A DNA stretch of 63,583 nt, filler included, from Reticulomyxa filosa (lineage: Eukaryota > Protista > Foraminifera), in NCBI GenBank assembly GCA_000512085.1. It is 11 parts of 11 records of this genome, joined end to end, with 100 filler letters (N's around TTAATTAATTAA, not from the genome) between each part and the next. Parts side by side here need not be neighbours in the genome. Positions count along the whole stretch, not along the records: positions 1 to 5,299 come from ASPP01018634.1; positions 5,400 to 11,993 come from ASPP01004256.1; positions 12,094 to 39,076 come from ASPP01038724.1; 8 more parts are not named here. One strand, 5' to 3'. The position numbers and the translations under genes are program-made. Position 1 is the first letter of the stretch. Every line of letters starts with the position of its first letter. Shown here in pieces: positions 1 to 14,730 of this stretch. The notes under the pieces are model-generated. The model made no database searches. It was given only the letters and a program-made list of their open reading frames with translations, and was not told the origin of the DNA.

Positions 1-1096
1 TTCGTCGTCGTCGTCGTCGTTATCATCATCATGTCCATCCCCTTCCTCTCCTCCTCCAGTCGCTTCATCCGTATCTGGCCCTTTCTGTGTCGGTGGCTGT
101 GTTTGTGTTTGCATTTGCAATTGCATTTGCATTTGTGGTGTTGTGTTATCTGCAACGCCACCTGCAAGATAGGCCAGCGTTGTATTGTCCCCACCCATGC
201 CATTTATGACATTTGCGTGCTTCATCTCGCCGGGCGTTGTCGTGTTCGCCATCATGACTGCATCTGCAACAAACAAGCAAACAAGTGTGCTTTTTTTTTT
301 TCCAAAGAGAGAGAGAGAGAGAGAAAAACAAAACGGAAAAAAAAAAACCACCAAAGAAGGGGTCTTAAGTTAACAAAAAGCGTATTAGTGCCCAAGAATT
401 GACAAACGCTCGGAAATAGTATACCATTGCACAATCATAAACAAATTGAAAACAAATTGTGTGTTCTATGTTTCTCCTCTCTCTCCTCACTTAGCCAATG
501 TCTGACACTGGTATAGCGAATAATAATAATAATAATAATCACAAAAAAAAATAAACATAGAATAAAAATGATGGTCATCATAACAATAATTTTTTTCCAT
601 TTGAGAAATTTCGCACCCCGACCAAAAAAAAAAAAAAAAAAAAAAAGCAACAACAACAAACAAAAACAGCAACAACATAACACAACACAATCACATAAAA
701 ATTCCTTTTTTTTTTTTTTCTTTTTTTTTTTTTTTTCTCAAGTTTTCAATCCAAACCTGTCATGTTTGTGTTCCCGGAGGAAAATTCCGAATTGACAAAC
801 GATTGTGTTCCGCCTTGCGTTTCCTCTGGCATTTGCTGTGCTTGGTTGTAGTACTGCTGCGCGTACGCAGCATATTGGCCGTATGGATCATACGTCGTGG
901 AGTGGTAGGGGTAGTATTGCGCGTACTGTTGGTACAACTGTGCGTAAAATTGAGGATAATTACTGTACGCGGCTGTTAGTGCGGCGTTGTTATTGCCATT
1001 ACTGGCCGCTGTTGCTGCGGCCAATAGACTATCATTTGTGACATTTGTTGAGGTCTTGGATTCTCCTGCGCTATCATTAGCAAGCTGAGACATTGT
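1..1096 (-). CDS. 5' part of a multi-exon low-complexity protein (Y/Q/A-rich N-terminus, acidic tract); runs off the window
   Basis: Exon MSQLANDSAG...YAQQYYNQAQQ (1096 to ~757) ends at a GTTT donor. A later exon (~262-1) reads DAVMMANTTTPGEMKH...DDDNDDDDDE. Confidence 0.55.
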
Positions 1097-2586
1097 GCAC
1101 TGTGAACTATTATTTAAACAGATCGGGGCTAGAATCTTCAAAAAATTGGGAAAGAGGCTTTCGCAGTGTTTTGCATGGTTGTGATAGATTATGTGCTTCC
1201 CAAAAATTGCTACTGTATTGACGAAACTCCAAAGGAAGTGGAGTCCAGTGCGTTAAACTTTCTCCTATTCTTTTCTTTTTTTGTCTTTGTGAATTATCTT
1301 TATCTAATTTATTCGTGTTACTGAAATTTTGTTTTTGAAACAAAGCTCCTTTGTATTTATCCAATTTTTACAAACTTTCTATATTTGTCACTGTATTCTT
1401 TGAAAAGATTCACTGAAAATGGCAATACTTCAAAATTTTAAATAATATTTTGTGCTCTTCAAAACAGAAAAGATGCTTATCACAAATTACACATAATAAA
1501 TACATTTAAAAAAGACGACAAATTTTTTAAAAGCTAGTTGTGTTGAAGTTTGCTTCCAGTTGCCAAGAGTTTTCATTTTTCAACTTCTTTTGTTTTTTGC
1601 TTAAGATCGTTTTTGATGATGTAAAATGGAAGATGACCGAGTCTTTTTTTCTCTCAAGAGCAGTGAAAAGATATTATGAAAATGGAATTCAAAACACATG
1701 TGATTTCTTCACTTTCAAAATTGACTATGATAGCAAAATATATTAAACAAACTGTTGAAACGAAAAGCATACCAACTGTGATGTTTTATTTTAAATTCAA
1801 ATGTCTAAGTTTAAACAAACAAAAAAATAATTATCCTTCCCAATGGATATTCAATAATTTACAATGTAAGAAACAGGAGACCAAAGAAGGAATGATTTGG
1901 CAATGAAACACATGAGTGTCAAAATAAAATCGAACTCGTTGATTATCAATTTTTTTGAAATCTTTAATAAGTTTTGGAAATTAGAATTGGTATCAAAACA
2001 TCATTTGTTTGCTTTTATTTTTGCCATGAAATTTTTTTGATTTATTACACATTCCTAACATAAAAAATCGCTTTTCCTGCAATAAACATAATAACTTTGT
2101 AACATAATGACCATTTCTTGTTATTCATTTTCTTTTGGATTATTTGGTTCTATCCTCGACTTAATTCATAAAATAAATAGATTTTTGATTACAGCACAAT
2201 GTTCCAAGGTTGTTTGCATCAATATAAGCATTGTGTTTCGAACATATTGTGTTTTTGATTGTTTCAAGGCAATTCTTAATTTCAACTACAATTATTGTTG
2301 TGGTAATAGTATAAATATGATATAATATACAGATATTGCATAGTGTTTTGCCGCTAATTTATACATATTCAACACTTTTCTTCTTTCTCAAAATCATTGT
2401 TTTAATTTTTTAATAAATAATAAAAAGAGTAATGTTGAATTATCTTACATCATCCAAGACAATCTCAAGAAAAAAACAAGAATAATTAATTTTTGTCACA
2501 GCTGGTTTGCTGAGAGTAACTGTATTTAACAAAAACACTTAAAAAAAAGAATTCTATTTACACAAGTAAAAAGGACAAAAAAAACA

Positions 2587-5299
2587 TCAAAGTATTCCAC
2601 CACGTTGTTTCACAAGCATTTTTTGTTCATCTTCCAAACCTTTTGTATCCTTCCAAATACTTCCTTTCATTGATAAAACACTTTGAGTGCCTACTTTCCA
2701 AATATTATTTACCACACTAGTCTCAGTTACATCAACAATTTTACCATTATCACTACTCCATAATCGCATTGTTTTATCATCAGAACATGACACTAGTTTT
2801 GAACCATCGGGTGATAAATGAATACAATTAATATTTCTATTATGTCCTTCTAATACTTGAATTTGTTTTCCTGAAGAAATATCCCATATTCGAATCGTTT
2901 TGTCTGAATATGAAATAATTTTAGAACCATCCAATGAAAATTTTATTCCACGTATATCATCAGAATGCCCATTTAATATTTGAATTTGCTTTCCAGTCAA
3001 TACATCACATAATTCAATTATTTTATCAACGCAAATCGCAATTATATTACCATCCGGAGAAAATATTGCATCAATTACACGTTCACTTGCCTGGTATGAA
3101 AAAAGCTGTTTTCCAGATGATATATCACACACTAGAATATTATCCCATGAACACAATACAAATTTAGAATCATTTGGTGAAATTTGTATCATATTTGTGT
3201 AATGTGTATATCCTTCAAATATCTGAATTTGTTCATTAGATAATATATTCCATAATTTGATTGTATTATCTGAAAGAAATAGCATTCTATATCCATCTGA
3301 CAACAGTTGTGTATTAGGTATAGTATTTAATAATTGAATTTGTCTTCCTGATGATATATCCCATATTCGAATTTCATCAAGTGAGCGTGTTACAAGTTTG
3401 GAACTGTCTGATGAAAATAGCGCTTTTTTCACCCAATTTGAATGTCCTTCCAATAATTGAAGTTGTTTTCCTGATAATACATCCCATATTCGGATTGTTT
3501 TATCATCTGAATATGATGCAACTTTAAAACCATCTGGAGAAAATAATATTCCATTTATACTACCTGAATGGCCTTCAAATACTTGAATTTGTCTCCCTGA
3601 TTGTGCATCCCACAATCTAATTGTTTTATCCCCTGAACTTGATACAATTTTAGAACCATCAGGAGAAAATTGTACTGCTGTTATAACGTCTAGATAATCT
3701 CCTGTTAACTGAACTTTTCTTTCTAAAGAAATGTCCCATATTCGAATAGTACCATCTCTTGAACATGACAAAATTTTTGCTTCATTTGGAAAAAATTTCA
3801 CATTGAATATATACGATAAATGTCCTTCTAATAATTGAATTTGTTTTCCAGATGATACATCCCATAATCGAATTGTACCATCCCCTGAACCAGATACAAT
3901 TTTGGAACCATCAAGTGAAAAACTTGCTGTAGTCAAATCGCTTGTATTATCCTCAAGAACTTGCAATTGTTTTCCAGATAACAAATCCCATATTCGTATT
4001 GTTTTATCTTCTGAATAGGATAAGATATTTAAACCATCTGGTGATAATTGAATTCCATGTATATCATCTGTATGTTCCAATAATTGAAGTTGTTGACCTG
4101 TTAATGCATCCCATATTCGAACAGTTTTATCGTCTGAATATGATATAATCTTTGATCCATTGAATATGAATTGCACTCCAATTACCGTATCTTCATGTCC
4201 TTCTAATAATAGAAGTTGTGTTCCAGAAAATACATCCCATATTCGAATGGAGTTATCAGTTGAACATGAAACAATTTTAGAATCATCTGGTGAAAATTTT
4301 GCATTAACCACCCAACCTGAATGTCCACTTAATAATTGAGTTTCTTTCTCAGATGATACATCCCATATTCGAACAGTTTTGTCTTTTGAACAAGATACAA
4401 TCTTAGAATCATCTGATGAAAACTCTACTGAATTTACTTGATTTGAATGTCCTTTCAATAGTTGAATTTGTTGACCTGATAATACATCCCATATTCGAAT
4501 CGTATTTTCTGATGAATTTGATACAATTTTGGAACTATCGTGTGAAAACTGAACTGCGTTTATTTCATTTAAATTATATAGTACATGAAGTTGTTTTCTT
4601 GAGGATGTGTCCCATATTCTAATTGTGTCATCATTTGAATAAGATAGTATTTTCGTTCCATCTGGTGAAAATTGAATTCCCTTTATTGCATCTGAATGTC
4701 CTTCTAAATATGCATATTCTCCAAAGTAAGTATCGCTCATTGATGCATTTGTGAAATTAACCTTGGTTAAGCAAGATTGACGAAAATGCACATGATCCAA
4801 AATCGCATTGCTAAAATTAGTTCCTTCAAGAAATGCACAATCTAAAATTGCATAAGGAATTTTTATACTATTCCAATTTTGATAGCCCATATCAACATTA
4901 GCCGAATTGAGTATTGTGATCGCATTTGCTGCTGCAATACTAACGTTTTTATTATTCTTTGATGATTCAATAATCCTAAATAATCTTGATTTTAAATTTA
5001 CAAATATTGGATTTATGTCATGAATTCTCTCTGCAATAAATTGAATAATCCCCAATTCTTCGTTTAATAATTTATGATTGACACATAATTTTTGAACATG
5101 TTTTTCAAATTGTTGTTGAAATTGTTGATTATCGGCAGTAACAATATCAGGTTTCCATGAAATGATATCAAATATGATTTTTTGTGAAGCATAATATTCT
5201 TGACATGATTTATGTACAAATTGATATTTATTATCACCAACTCTTTTCAATACGAATTTTGCAATACTATCACCATTGAAATATTGTTCCCAAATATCA
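2587..5299 (-). CDS. NACHT/STAND-type protein, C-terminal part: winged-helix motif, pentapeptide repeats, ~15 WD40 repeats; 5' end cut by contig gap
   Basis: 887-aa intronless ORF. FVHKSCQEYYAS matches the NACHT-associated FxHxSxQEY motif. AILDCAFLEGTNFSNAIL... are pentapeptide repeats. LEGHS..V..V.FSPDGSKIVS.S.DKTIRIWD units recur. Confidence 0.9.
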
Positions 5300-5399
5300 N
5301 NNNNNNNNNNNNNNNNNNNNNNNNNNNNNNNNNNNNNNNNNNNTTAATTAATTAANNNNNNNNNNNNNNNNNNNNNNNNNNNNNNNNNNNNNNNNNNNN
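5300..5399. other. Artificial contig spacer. Identical spacers at 11994-12093, 39077-39176, 40701-40800, 41975-42074, 44528-44627, 45683-45782, 52537-52636, 53649-53748, 55314-55413
   Basis: Ten identical 100-nt N-run/TTAATTAATTAA/N-run blocks; the 12-mer gives stops in all six frames. Confidence 0.98.
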
Positions 5400-8300
5400 A
5401 AAAAATAAGTCGAATGCAGACTCCAAATATTTTATTTCGATACTTTGGAGTCTTGTCATAAAGCGGAAGAAGAGAAAAAGGGAATACTTGCCAATGGAGC
5501 CATAAAGCACGGAAAAATGGATTTACAATATTGGATATTGACTTGCAAGATATTATGGTGCTGGTGCAATTATGTAGTATTCGATTTTTTGGGTCTTTTT
5601 CTTGCACGTTGTCAATCTTCTTTATCAGTTTGAAAAAAGAAGGGATGTCAATTGAAAAGTTACAAACGTGCCAACAAAACTGTTCTCATTATCATGATTT
5701 CATCCAATATTTTCCAAATGAGTCTCAATTAAAAACGAAATTAAACAATAGAAGATAATATTTTTTTGAGCTTACAATTACTGTAAAAAAGCATCATTGA
5801 ATCATTACCTGTGTCAAATTCGTTATAGAATAATACATTTTTTTTAGAATTTTCCATTTGATACAAAAAAGGCTATTAAATTGGTTCTTGCAAAACATTT
5901 ATCCTTTTTTAGTTTGAAAATTTTGTTCTATTGAATATTACAAAGAAAAGAATGGAAGAAAAATTTAGTTTTCCAATCACTGTTGGAACGGTTACCATCG
6001 ATCAAAAAAAAAAAAAAATACAATAGATTAAACATCATTTACGATTCCTTTAAACAAACAAGCATGCAAATTGAGAGGCAGCATTTTGCTTTTTTTCCAA
6101 TTGTGCAATGCCCCGCCGTGATCAAGATGTGTCATTGCGGTAAACTTGTTCAAAGAATATCGGGCACTGTTAACCAATATTAAATAATTGGTGTTGGCAG
6201 GATTGTCAACCGCACACTTTCACCGATTTGTGAGCTTATCCGTCCAGCGCCTTGCGTTGTTGCACAAATATTACTCCAGTGCCTTATTAAGTTCTTGAAT
6301 TCAATCATTTTCAAGCGAAGTTTACTCTCCACCAACTTTATCAATATCGTCGTTTTCGACTTTTATCTTGTAATTAAAAAAAGGAAGTGTATCTCATACA
6401 ACATTTTTTATCTTATTTTATTCGAGGTTTACTTTTTTAAAAAAGGATCTGCTCTTTCTATTGATGCAACTTTGAATTTATTTAAAAAAAAAAAAGAAAG
6501 AAATTAAAACTTACTCCAATGAACTGGTGACTAAGACACTTCCAAAGTGTGCTGACTAAGCTCCAGTCACTGTCAGTCTTTTTGGTTTGTTCAATTGCTC
6601 AAGTTCTACCAAGTTGTCTTTTTTTTTCCAACGAAACACGTCTGTTCCAAACAACTATCAGCAAAATATTCTCTTTGAAAAGATCCATTTGGACGATGAA
6701 TTGACAACAGAAGAAGAGAAGCGAGACTTTGATAACTGCATAGAAAAAGCATTAACACAAGAATTTTTTTTTTTGCAAAAACGAAAACGAAACACGCGTC
6801 TTTCGTACAAGTCTTTTTAAAGTAACAAAAATACTATCGCATTAAATTGTGTCAAGGAGATTGTGTTTTTTTTGCTTTATTCAAGTTTTTAGAGCAAAAA
6901 GGACTAATTATGTCAATAAAAGTAAAAACAAGAGTTTTTTCATCTTTTTGATTTCTCCCTCCAATATTATCCGTTTTCATAGGAACTGACCAAGTTCAAA
7001 TATTGAGAAATGATATAATAAACAAACAAATTTGATACAAAATAAATTTTTATTTTTTTTCCATTAGATACTGAATAACTTTACTTGGAAAAAATCATAA
7101 AACATCAAAAGACCCTAAGTTGAAGGTAAAAAAAAACCCCTTGCATCATCAAACTTATCATTAAAAGACAGGCTGTTATCATTTGGATCATATGTTGCCC
7201 AAGAAGAAATTGAAGATGAATCTCTTTACAAGCTTCTTTGTTGGAGAATAATAAAAAAGAAACGACGAAAGAACAAAGACAACTCAGAATTATCTCACAA
7301 CTTGAAAGAAGAAAAAAACGAAACAAGCATTGGATGAAGTGGACATGTCAAAGAGTGTTGAAGCGAATGTGAAAAAAAAAAAAACGAAGCTATGGTGACT
7401 ATTATTCACTTCTTCTCTTTTTTATGGATATCAATTGCTTCGAGGCGTCAATGCTGTGATGACTTGGTTTGTTAAATTTTTTTTTCTTTGTTGTTTGCAT
7501 TGACGATAATAATGATTGGATAAACAAACAACAGAAACAGACTTTCGATTTTCAGTTTTGACGACCCCCAAGGGACTTGAACGCACGTGCTTATTTCTAT
7601 TGATTATATCCAATGTGTGGATAGCAAGTTGAAGTTTTATTGTATACGCATAATTTGATCACAGAATAAAGCAATAATCTGAAGATAGAAGAGCGCTGGA
7701 TCTGGAGAGAATTGTCATTAAATTATTAATTTAAACTTAAAATTAATTAATTAAATAAAAATTCAAATATAATCAAATTCAAGTAAAGAAAAAGAAGACA
7801 AACAAAAGAAGAAAATGAACGCCATCGATGGAATGACCAGTAGTCTGGAAAATGCATATTTATCTAACTATTCAAGTAAACAAGGCCATAAGTGTAGTTG
7901 TGTGATGAAATGGAAACAACATATAGAACAAAAAAAAAAATTGGCAAAGATTATACAAAACTGGGACAATCAGAGCATCTCGCCATGACGGCCGTAAGTG
8001 TTCGTGTTGTTGGCCACTATGAAGGATTGCAAGCGATCCCACAACGCAAGTGGTTGCTTGCAGACCCTCCATTCATTAATAAAATTGTAGACCACTAAAT
8101 AATGTGATCCAATGCACCCCTGAGCGAGTCAATACCTATTGACACAAGCCACATGGCTGGTCATAAATAAGCCTCGTCGTGTGGAGTCGTCGCCTTTGAC
8201 TTGTTTACATGAGTGGACGATTTTCCTTGCAGGACTAGTGGCAAGGACGACTCATGTTGATGCAATTCCTGCATCAAATGCTTGGTCTACGGCGTGCGAA

Positions 8301-11300
8301 CAACACGTGAAAATGGAGGAGCCCACTTACACCAACAGGAACCAGGAACAGGAATAAAATCACATATCTGCAATAGCCATTGATAACACCAAACAAGATA
8401 TCAATGCCCAATAAATTCAATGAAAAAAAGCAAAAAAAAAAAGGATTGAACTCTACACTGCAAGCAACACAAATGGTGATCCCCCCCACTCGTCATTAAC
8501 AAAACAGTACGAAAAAAGATTTTAAAAAAGGTAAGTAAAAAAAAATAAACTTACAAAAAAAAATTGCAACGAGTGCAACTTAGCAACTTAGCAACAGGTG
8601 AAAAGGTACAAAGGGGACAACAGGAAGCAAGGAGTGGGAAATAAATGCAAAAGGGAAAAGCAATTAGTACCCTCCACCCAAAAAAAACAAAAACCAACAG
8701 GAATAATCGAAATACCAATTATCGACACCATTATTCCAAATAACAATCCATGCCAATCTGTTAACAGACAAACAACAGATTTATTATATATATGAAATAC
8801 AAATATTAATTAACGAAAATAACTTTGAATTCGAATTGATATAGTAAAACAGCCGTCGTCAGCCTGGTAATCAATGTAGGCACATTGTCATGTGTAGCCT
8901 CTACATCCATCTGTTAACACAGCACACTGCCTGTAACACCAAGGGGGAGGCTGTATACCATGTCCATCCACGATTGACATTGCCACATTAGTCCTGCAAG
9001 GAACTAATATCGGTGCTGCGATAATGTAAACCTTTCACGTTGCCTTGGTTTGCCGCAAACACCGACGCGCCTGTGTCGACGCATTTTGCGATAATAAATC
9101 GCAATCGTAATCAGCGCTGAGTAGTGCGCTGCTGCTGACTTGGCTCCAACATTAACAGGAACACATGACACAGGAACACATGAATACACCCAACACAGGA
9201 ACCCATAATCGATAATTGCCTTATATCCATCCACAATCAAAATGAAATGACCACATCCGAAGCGACGCCATTCTAAAATACCTCAGCTTCGAACCATTCT
9301 TGCTTTTTTTTTTGAAGTGGTGTTTTTCTCAACTCCAAATTTTTGGTATTTAAAAAGGCCAAGAAAAAAAGAAAAGAGTTGTTTGACTAACTCTTTTGAA
9401 ACGAAATTGATGTTGTAATCACCAATATTTTCACCACGGCGCCGGCACTGGAACGAACTTGTTACAAAACTGTAGAAAAAAGGTAGAAAAAGTTCTTCAC
9501 TGACACATTTTAATTTTCTTTAGCTGAGATGAAATGAAATTTTGTAATATTTAAATTCATTCAATTTCAAATTAGAAAACATATAAGTTCACAATTTGGT
9601 GCAGAATAAGTAAATGTAGAAAAGAATTTGACTATGCTGCAACAAGAATTTTTTTGAATAAACAAAGATTGGATATTTGATGCAAATTAATGGGGTTTCA
9701 AGAATATCTTGCTATCACAACTTGTTTTTAAGGAATAGTTTTTGCCTATTCCCGTTGGTGTTGTTGGTTTGTATTGCGATATTTTTGAAACAAAAGCAAA
9801 AAGTAAAAATCGAACTTTCATCGATTGTGTGTCAAACAGACATCAGCCGTTTTTTATTTTAAAAAATATTGTTCATTAGCATAAAATATTACATTTATGT
9901 GATTAACCCAAAATACATTTCCTTGCTTGAATGAAAGGCACAATCACTTCTATCAAATGATGGATGGTCGATGTGTTTTTTTCCTTTTAACAAAATTTGA
10001 TAAACTTCCACTAGTGCAATCTATTATCTAACCTGGTACGAAGCATTTGAGATGATTGAAACGGGAATTATAATCGCTTAATCCTTTCATTTTTATGCAA
10101 ATATTACTTTTTTTTTCTTTCGATTATGCTGCTCATTATTTAAACACAAAAATAGAAATGAAAAAGAATAGCATCATCACTTTTTTCCATTGAAAACAAT
10201 TTTTAGCTTGTCTGCTCGTGTACAAATTATTGGGATTTTTTATTTAAAAATTAATTATACTTGTGTTTGAGGTTTACATTGGGCGCTATAGAACATTAGT
10301 TTGGTTCACACAAAATCAAAAAGTTTTCAATTATTTTTTACCAATAATTAAGAAATATAGTCTTATGAAATTATTTCATCGTTTTTAAATTTGTAGTTTT
10401 TCTGTTTGAAATCTTATCTTTTAATAACATATAACTGCCAAAAGTACTTACAAAACAGAGAAATAGCGAATTGTATTCCATAGAGTAAATAAAAAATATA
10501 AAAAGTTTATTTGATGTCAATCAGTACAAAAAAAATATTCAATCAATCAATTTTCATAAATTGTCAAACATTAATTGATATGATGTACAAAATTTAGTTT
10601 CACCTTGCAAATCAAAAAGTAGTTAAAATATTGAAAATGCGGACCAGTTTAAAAAAACAGTGAAACGGAGGAGTATGTATTGAAAAAAGGCTTAGATTTT
10701 TTACAGATGGATACTCTGTCCTTAACAACTCGTTATTCGTTATTGAGAGACAGGCATTTAGCCTTGGAAAAGTATTTGCTCATTCGACATGGCAAAGACC
10801 AAGCAAAAATCAAGGAATTAGATTGTGTTTGTCACTGTGCTTGCTGCAATAGTGACAGCAATATGACATGTAACAAACATTAACAAACAATTGAGACAAG
10901 AAAAGACCTCCATAAATACACAGTTGTGTGTATCTATCAATATCGGCAATATTTCAATTATCAATGCATATGTCAATAATAATCCGATTGAAACGATGAA
11001 CAAAGAATCAATTTAATTATTGTTACGAAAATGGCTTTGACTGCTAACCATTTATTATTACACATCATCACATGTTTAATAATACAAGATAGCTTTCTTC
11101 ACCCGCATCATGTGCATTATTCGCGATCTCAAAAGCACATCATAATTGTAGAACACAAAGAAAATGCTAATGATGTGATCTTTGCGCAAGTAGATACAAC
11201 GAACGCTGTGATCTTACAATAAGATGGCATTATTCTCGCCTCTTACGAAAAAGACAGCATTTCTCGTGACAAGCTTTTGCATTGGATAGGTTGAAGGTTA

Positions 11301-12152
11301 ATTACATCATATGCAAGTGTTTTATATACACGTTTACACATATATGTTTGTATATGTGTGTATGTGTCTATACTTAATTTAGTAAATTTTTTTAAAAATA
11401 AAAAAATAAGGTATTATTGAAATCAAACAATAAACTCGCGGAATCAGAAAGTATTATTATGATAGCGCGATTGTGCACCAAACGTATGGCAATAGTGGCG
11501 ATGTGAATATGAGTTATCTATATCTTTCAAAAATAGTACGATCACCGCACTTCTCAAAGACGGCATGCAGCTGTTGGCCAATGCAAATCTGTTTTTAGAA
11601 TAAAACAAAAAAGCGTCGATCACGTCGCAAAAGACAAAAAAACAAAGTTTGTAACTCCATTGGCGATGAGGACAAAGTGGTGGATGAGTTGGAAAATGGA
11701 GTTTTTGGAAAGTCTAGATCGACCATTTTCCAATGCTACCAACAGCAAATCCAGAGGAGCTACGACCAGCACCACAGGCTTGTCCAGTGTTGCCACAAAG
11801 TCTTTTGGGCCATATAGCATCACTTTAGGTAAAATGCTATTGATTGAAAAAGCACAAGTATTCTATCCATAAAATAATTCTCCAGCAGCCACTTTATCAA
11901 ATGTAATGGCAACACACAATAGAGATAGATATAATTGAATTGTCTTTGGCAAGTGACAACTATTGCAATCTTCATGTTGGTATTAACTACTTTNNNNNNN
12001 NNNNNNNNNNNNNNNNNNNNNNNNNNNNNNNNNNNNNTTAATTAATTAANNNNNNNNNNNNNNNNNNNNNNNNNNNNNNNNNNNNNNNNNNNNCTTGAGT
12101 GGTCAATGTATTGAAGCGTTGTTTGCGTTGGAAAAAAAAAAAAAAAAAAAAG

Positions 12153-14691
12153 ATTGTCCAATTGCTGTCGCTGTATCATGCCGTTCTCTTAACACATTTT
12201 GATGTGACATATTACCCAATGCTGTCATTGCTGATCAATGGGTCCAACCCAAAACGTTATTACATTCCATGGCGTGACAATGAACACTGGAATTCTCGTC
12301 GAAACAAACCCAATCTGCCACCTGTGGAGGAACAGTTGCCATTTTTGAAACAAAAATATCTTCGAACCCAAGAAATATATCACGAATACCTGCGCAAATC
12401 GCCAAGTCATATTCCAATCAAAAATCTGAGCGAGTTAAAAAAAACAGACTATGGAGTCGCCGCTATGGTCAGTGAGGAAGAAATACAACAGCTATTTAGT
12501 CAAAATTCGTGGTGCGAAATGAACACCAAATGCAAATTGTGGGCTTTGCTTCAACAAGTCCTTACTGTAAAAGCTGAAATTCGAAATAGAGATTTACAAA
12601 TTGATGTCACTACTGCCCATTTGGTTAATTTCACCTTTTTTTTTTAAAAAAAAAAAAAAAGAAAAAAATTGAATGAATCGTATATGTACATATATATGTA
12701 TGTGTATGTGTATATGAATATGTATATTGTAACATATACAGATCGTAAAAGACAAAATATCTGTCAGCAACGATCTGCTGTTGCATACATTATTTACTCA
12801 AATGTTTGTGAAGCAATTGCACCAATTGAAATGTGTGCCAAAAACACAAGCGCTAGTACAAACAATTGACAGTCTACGCGAGTTTTGCGTGGGCCTGCAG
12901 TCCATCATTGACCAATGCATGGACGACATGCAGACGTACTACTTTACAATGGATTTGAATTTGGACTTGGACCAAGCAAGACATGAATATTCTCAAAACA
13001 CCGAAATGATATCGTATTTTGAAAACATAAGAAAGGTGGTGCAATCCTTGTGTCAATGCTACGCATTGGTGCAAAAGAGTCATGACCATCGTTTGAACTC
13101 GTTCAACAAAGAGTTTCGAGACCATTGGAAAGAGTGTGTGAATGGATTGGACGAATTGCGGTCGTTCATCAAACAACACACCGAACTTGCCTCTTCTCCA
13201 AGCGCAACAACTTGGAAAACGCCTCAAATCTCCAAACTGTCCGACGTCAACCTGTCCTTCGAGGCCGGCGATGACAACAGTGACGATGAAGAAGAGGCAG
13301 ACGAAGAAGATGACGAAGACGATGGCGACGACGAAGAGGAATTGGACGTAGCTAACGAAAATGAAAAGACTAGTCAAGAACAACAAAAACAAAAGCGCAA
13401 GCATGTGTCTCCCGAACTCGACAGTCAAGAAAGTAAGACGCAAACTTTGGCCATTGAAGCTATGACAAAAGAAACCGATAAGAAAATGGGTCGCTTGGTG
13501 TTGCAATCTATGTGGTTATTGTTACATGCTATCGTTGAAAAATTTGAACATTTGCAAAAATTATATGATGAAATTACTAAAAATTTATTGCGCTTGGTAT
13601 GTGTATATGTATATATGCATATACATATATATATATATATATATATATGCATATATATATTAGTATGATTTCAAACATAGAAACAAAAGAAATTGCCAAG
13701 CAACAATGAACAACATATCTCTCCAGTACTGTTAGTGAAAGGCCTGGAAGTAGTGATGCTGATTATAACGACGTTGCAATTGGATTCGAAGGTGATGAAA
13801 CATAAATTGGAAGACAGCGAAACAGACAAAGAAAAGGCCAATACCACAAAAAAACCTGCGTCATCTTCTTCGAGCTCTTCATTTGCAATTCCAAAACAAA
13901 TACTCCATCCCAATCTAGTTCGCGATTGGATTGCCAAAACGATTTTGAACGACTTGGATTGTTGGCTGCACACGTATGGACATAACAATGGAAGTCGACA
14001 TGAGCCCAACAAAGATATTGTTCACAAGCATATTTGGTCATCATTTTTTCCAGATATTTTGGACGACAGTTTGAGTTTGTGCGTGGACATGATCTCCAAG
14101 TCATTGGATAAAATGCTGCCAAAGAACGACCCCATCACGATATCCTCGATGAAATTGTCGAGTTATCACGGCAGTGAGATCCAGAACCGACTCCAAACGA
14201 TCAGCAACAGCAACAAGATATTCAGTGGAAGAGCAGAAGAGCGACCGTTTAAGGACTTTAGCAATCACATTCAAACGTGGCTGCGGAACAAATATCAAGA
14301 ATTAGCGCATGAGTGTATTGTTAAGCAATGTCAGGCGGCATTACGTTGCTATCAATGGATAATTCCATGCATGAGTAAGCAAGCGACCATTTGTGAGTGG
14401 TTGCAAATTGACAGTGGTGTTCCGTGCCATCATATCAACGCCGCCGGTGTCGCTTCGGCTACTTCTTTGCAAAGATCATCGTCGTTGGCAGGATTTGCAG
14501 CACCACCCGTTGTCACTGCTGCCGCACTGCCGCAGAACATGACTTCCAATCCGCGCGACGATATTCATTCCGACATGCTGCACTTGCCATTCCACAGCAG
14601 TGATCGTGCAGAGTCTATTCATCCCAACAGCAACACGAACACAAACGCTACCAATAGCAATAACAATAATAATGGCAACAATAACAACAAC

Positions 14692-14730
<39 letters not shown>

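Noticed and set aside
7900-8100. MKWKQHIEQK resembling the non-LTR RT W..HI motif
   Set aside because: Too short, with no neighbouring RT motifs recognisable.
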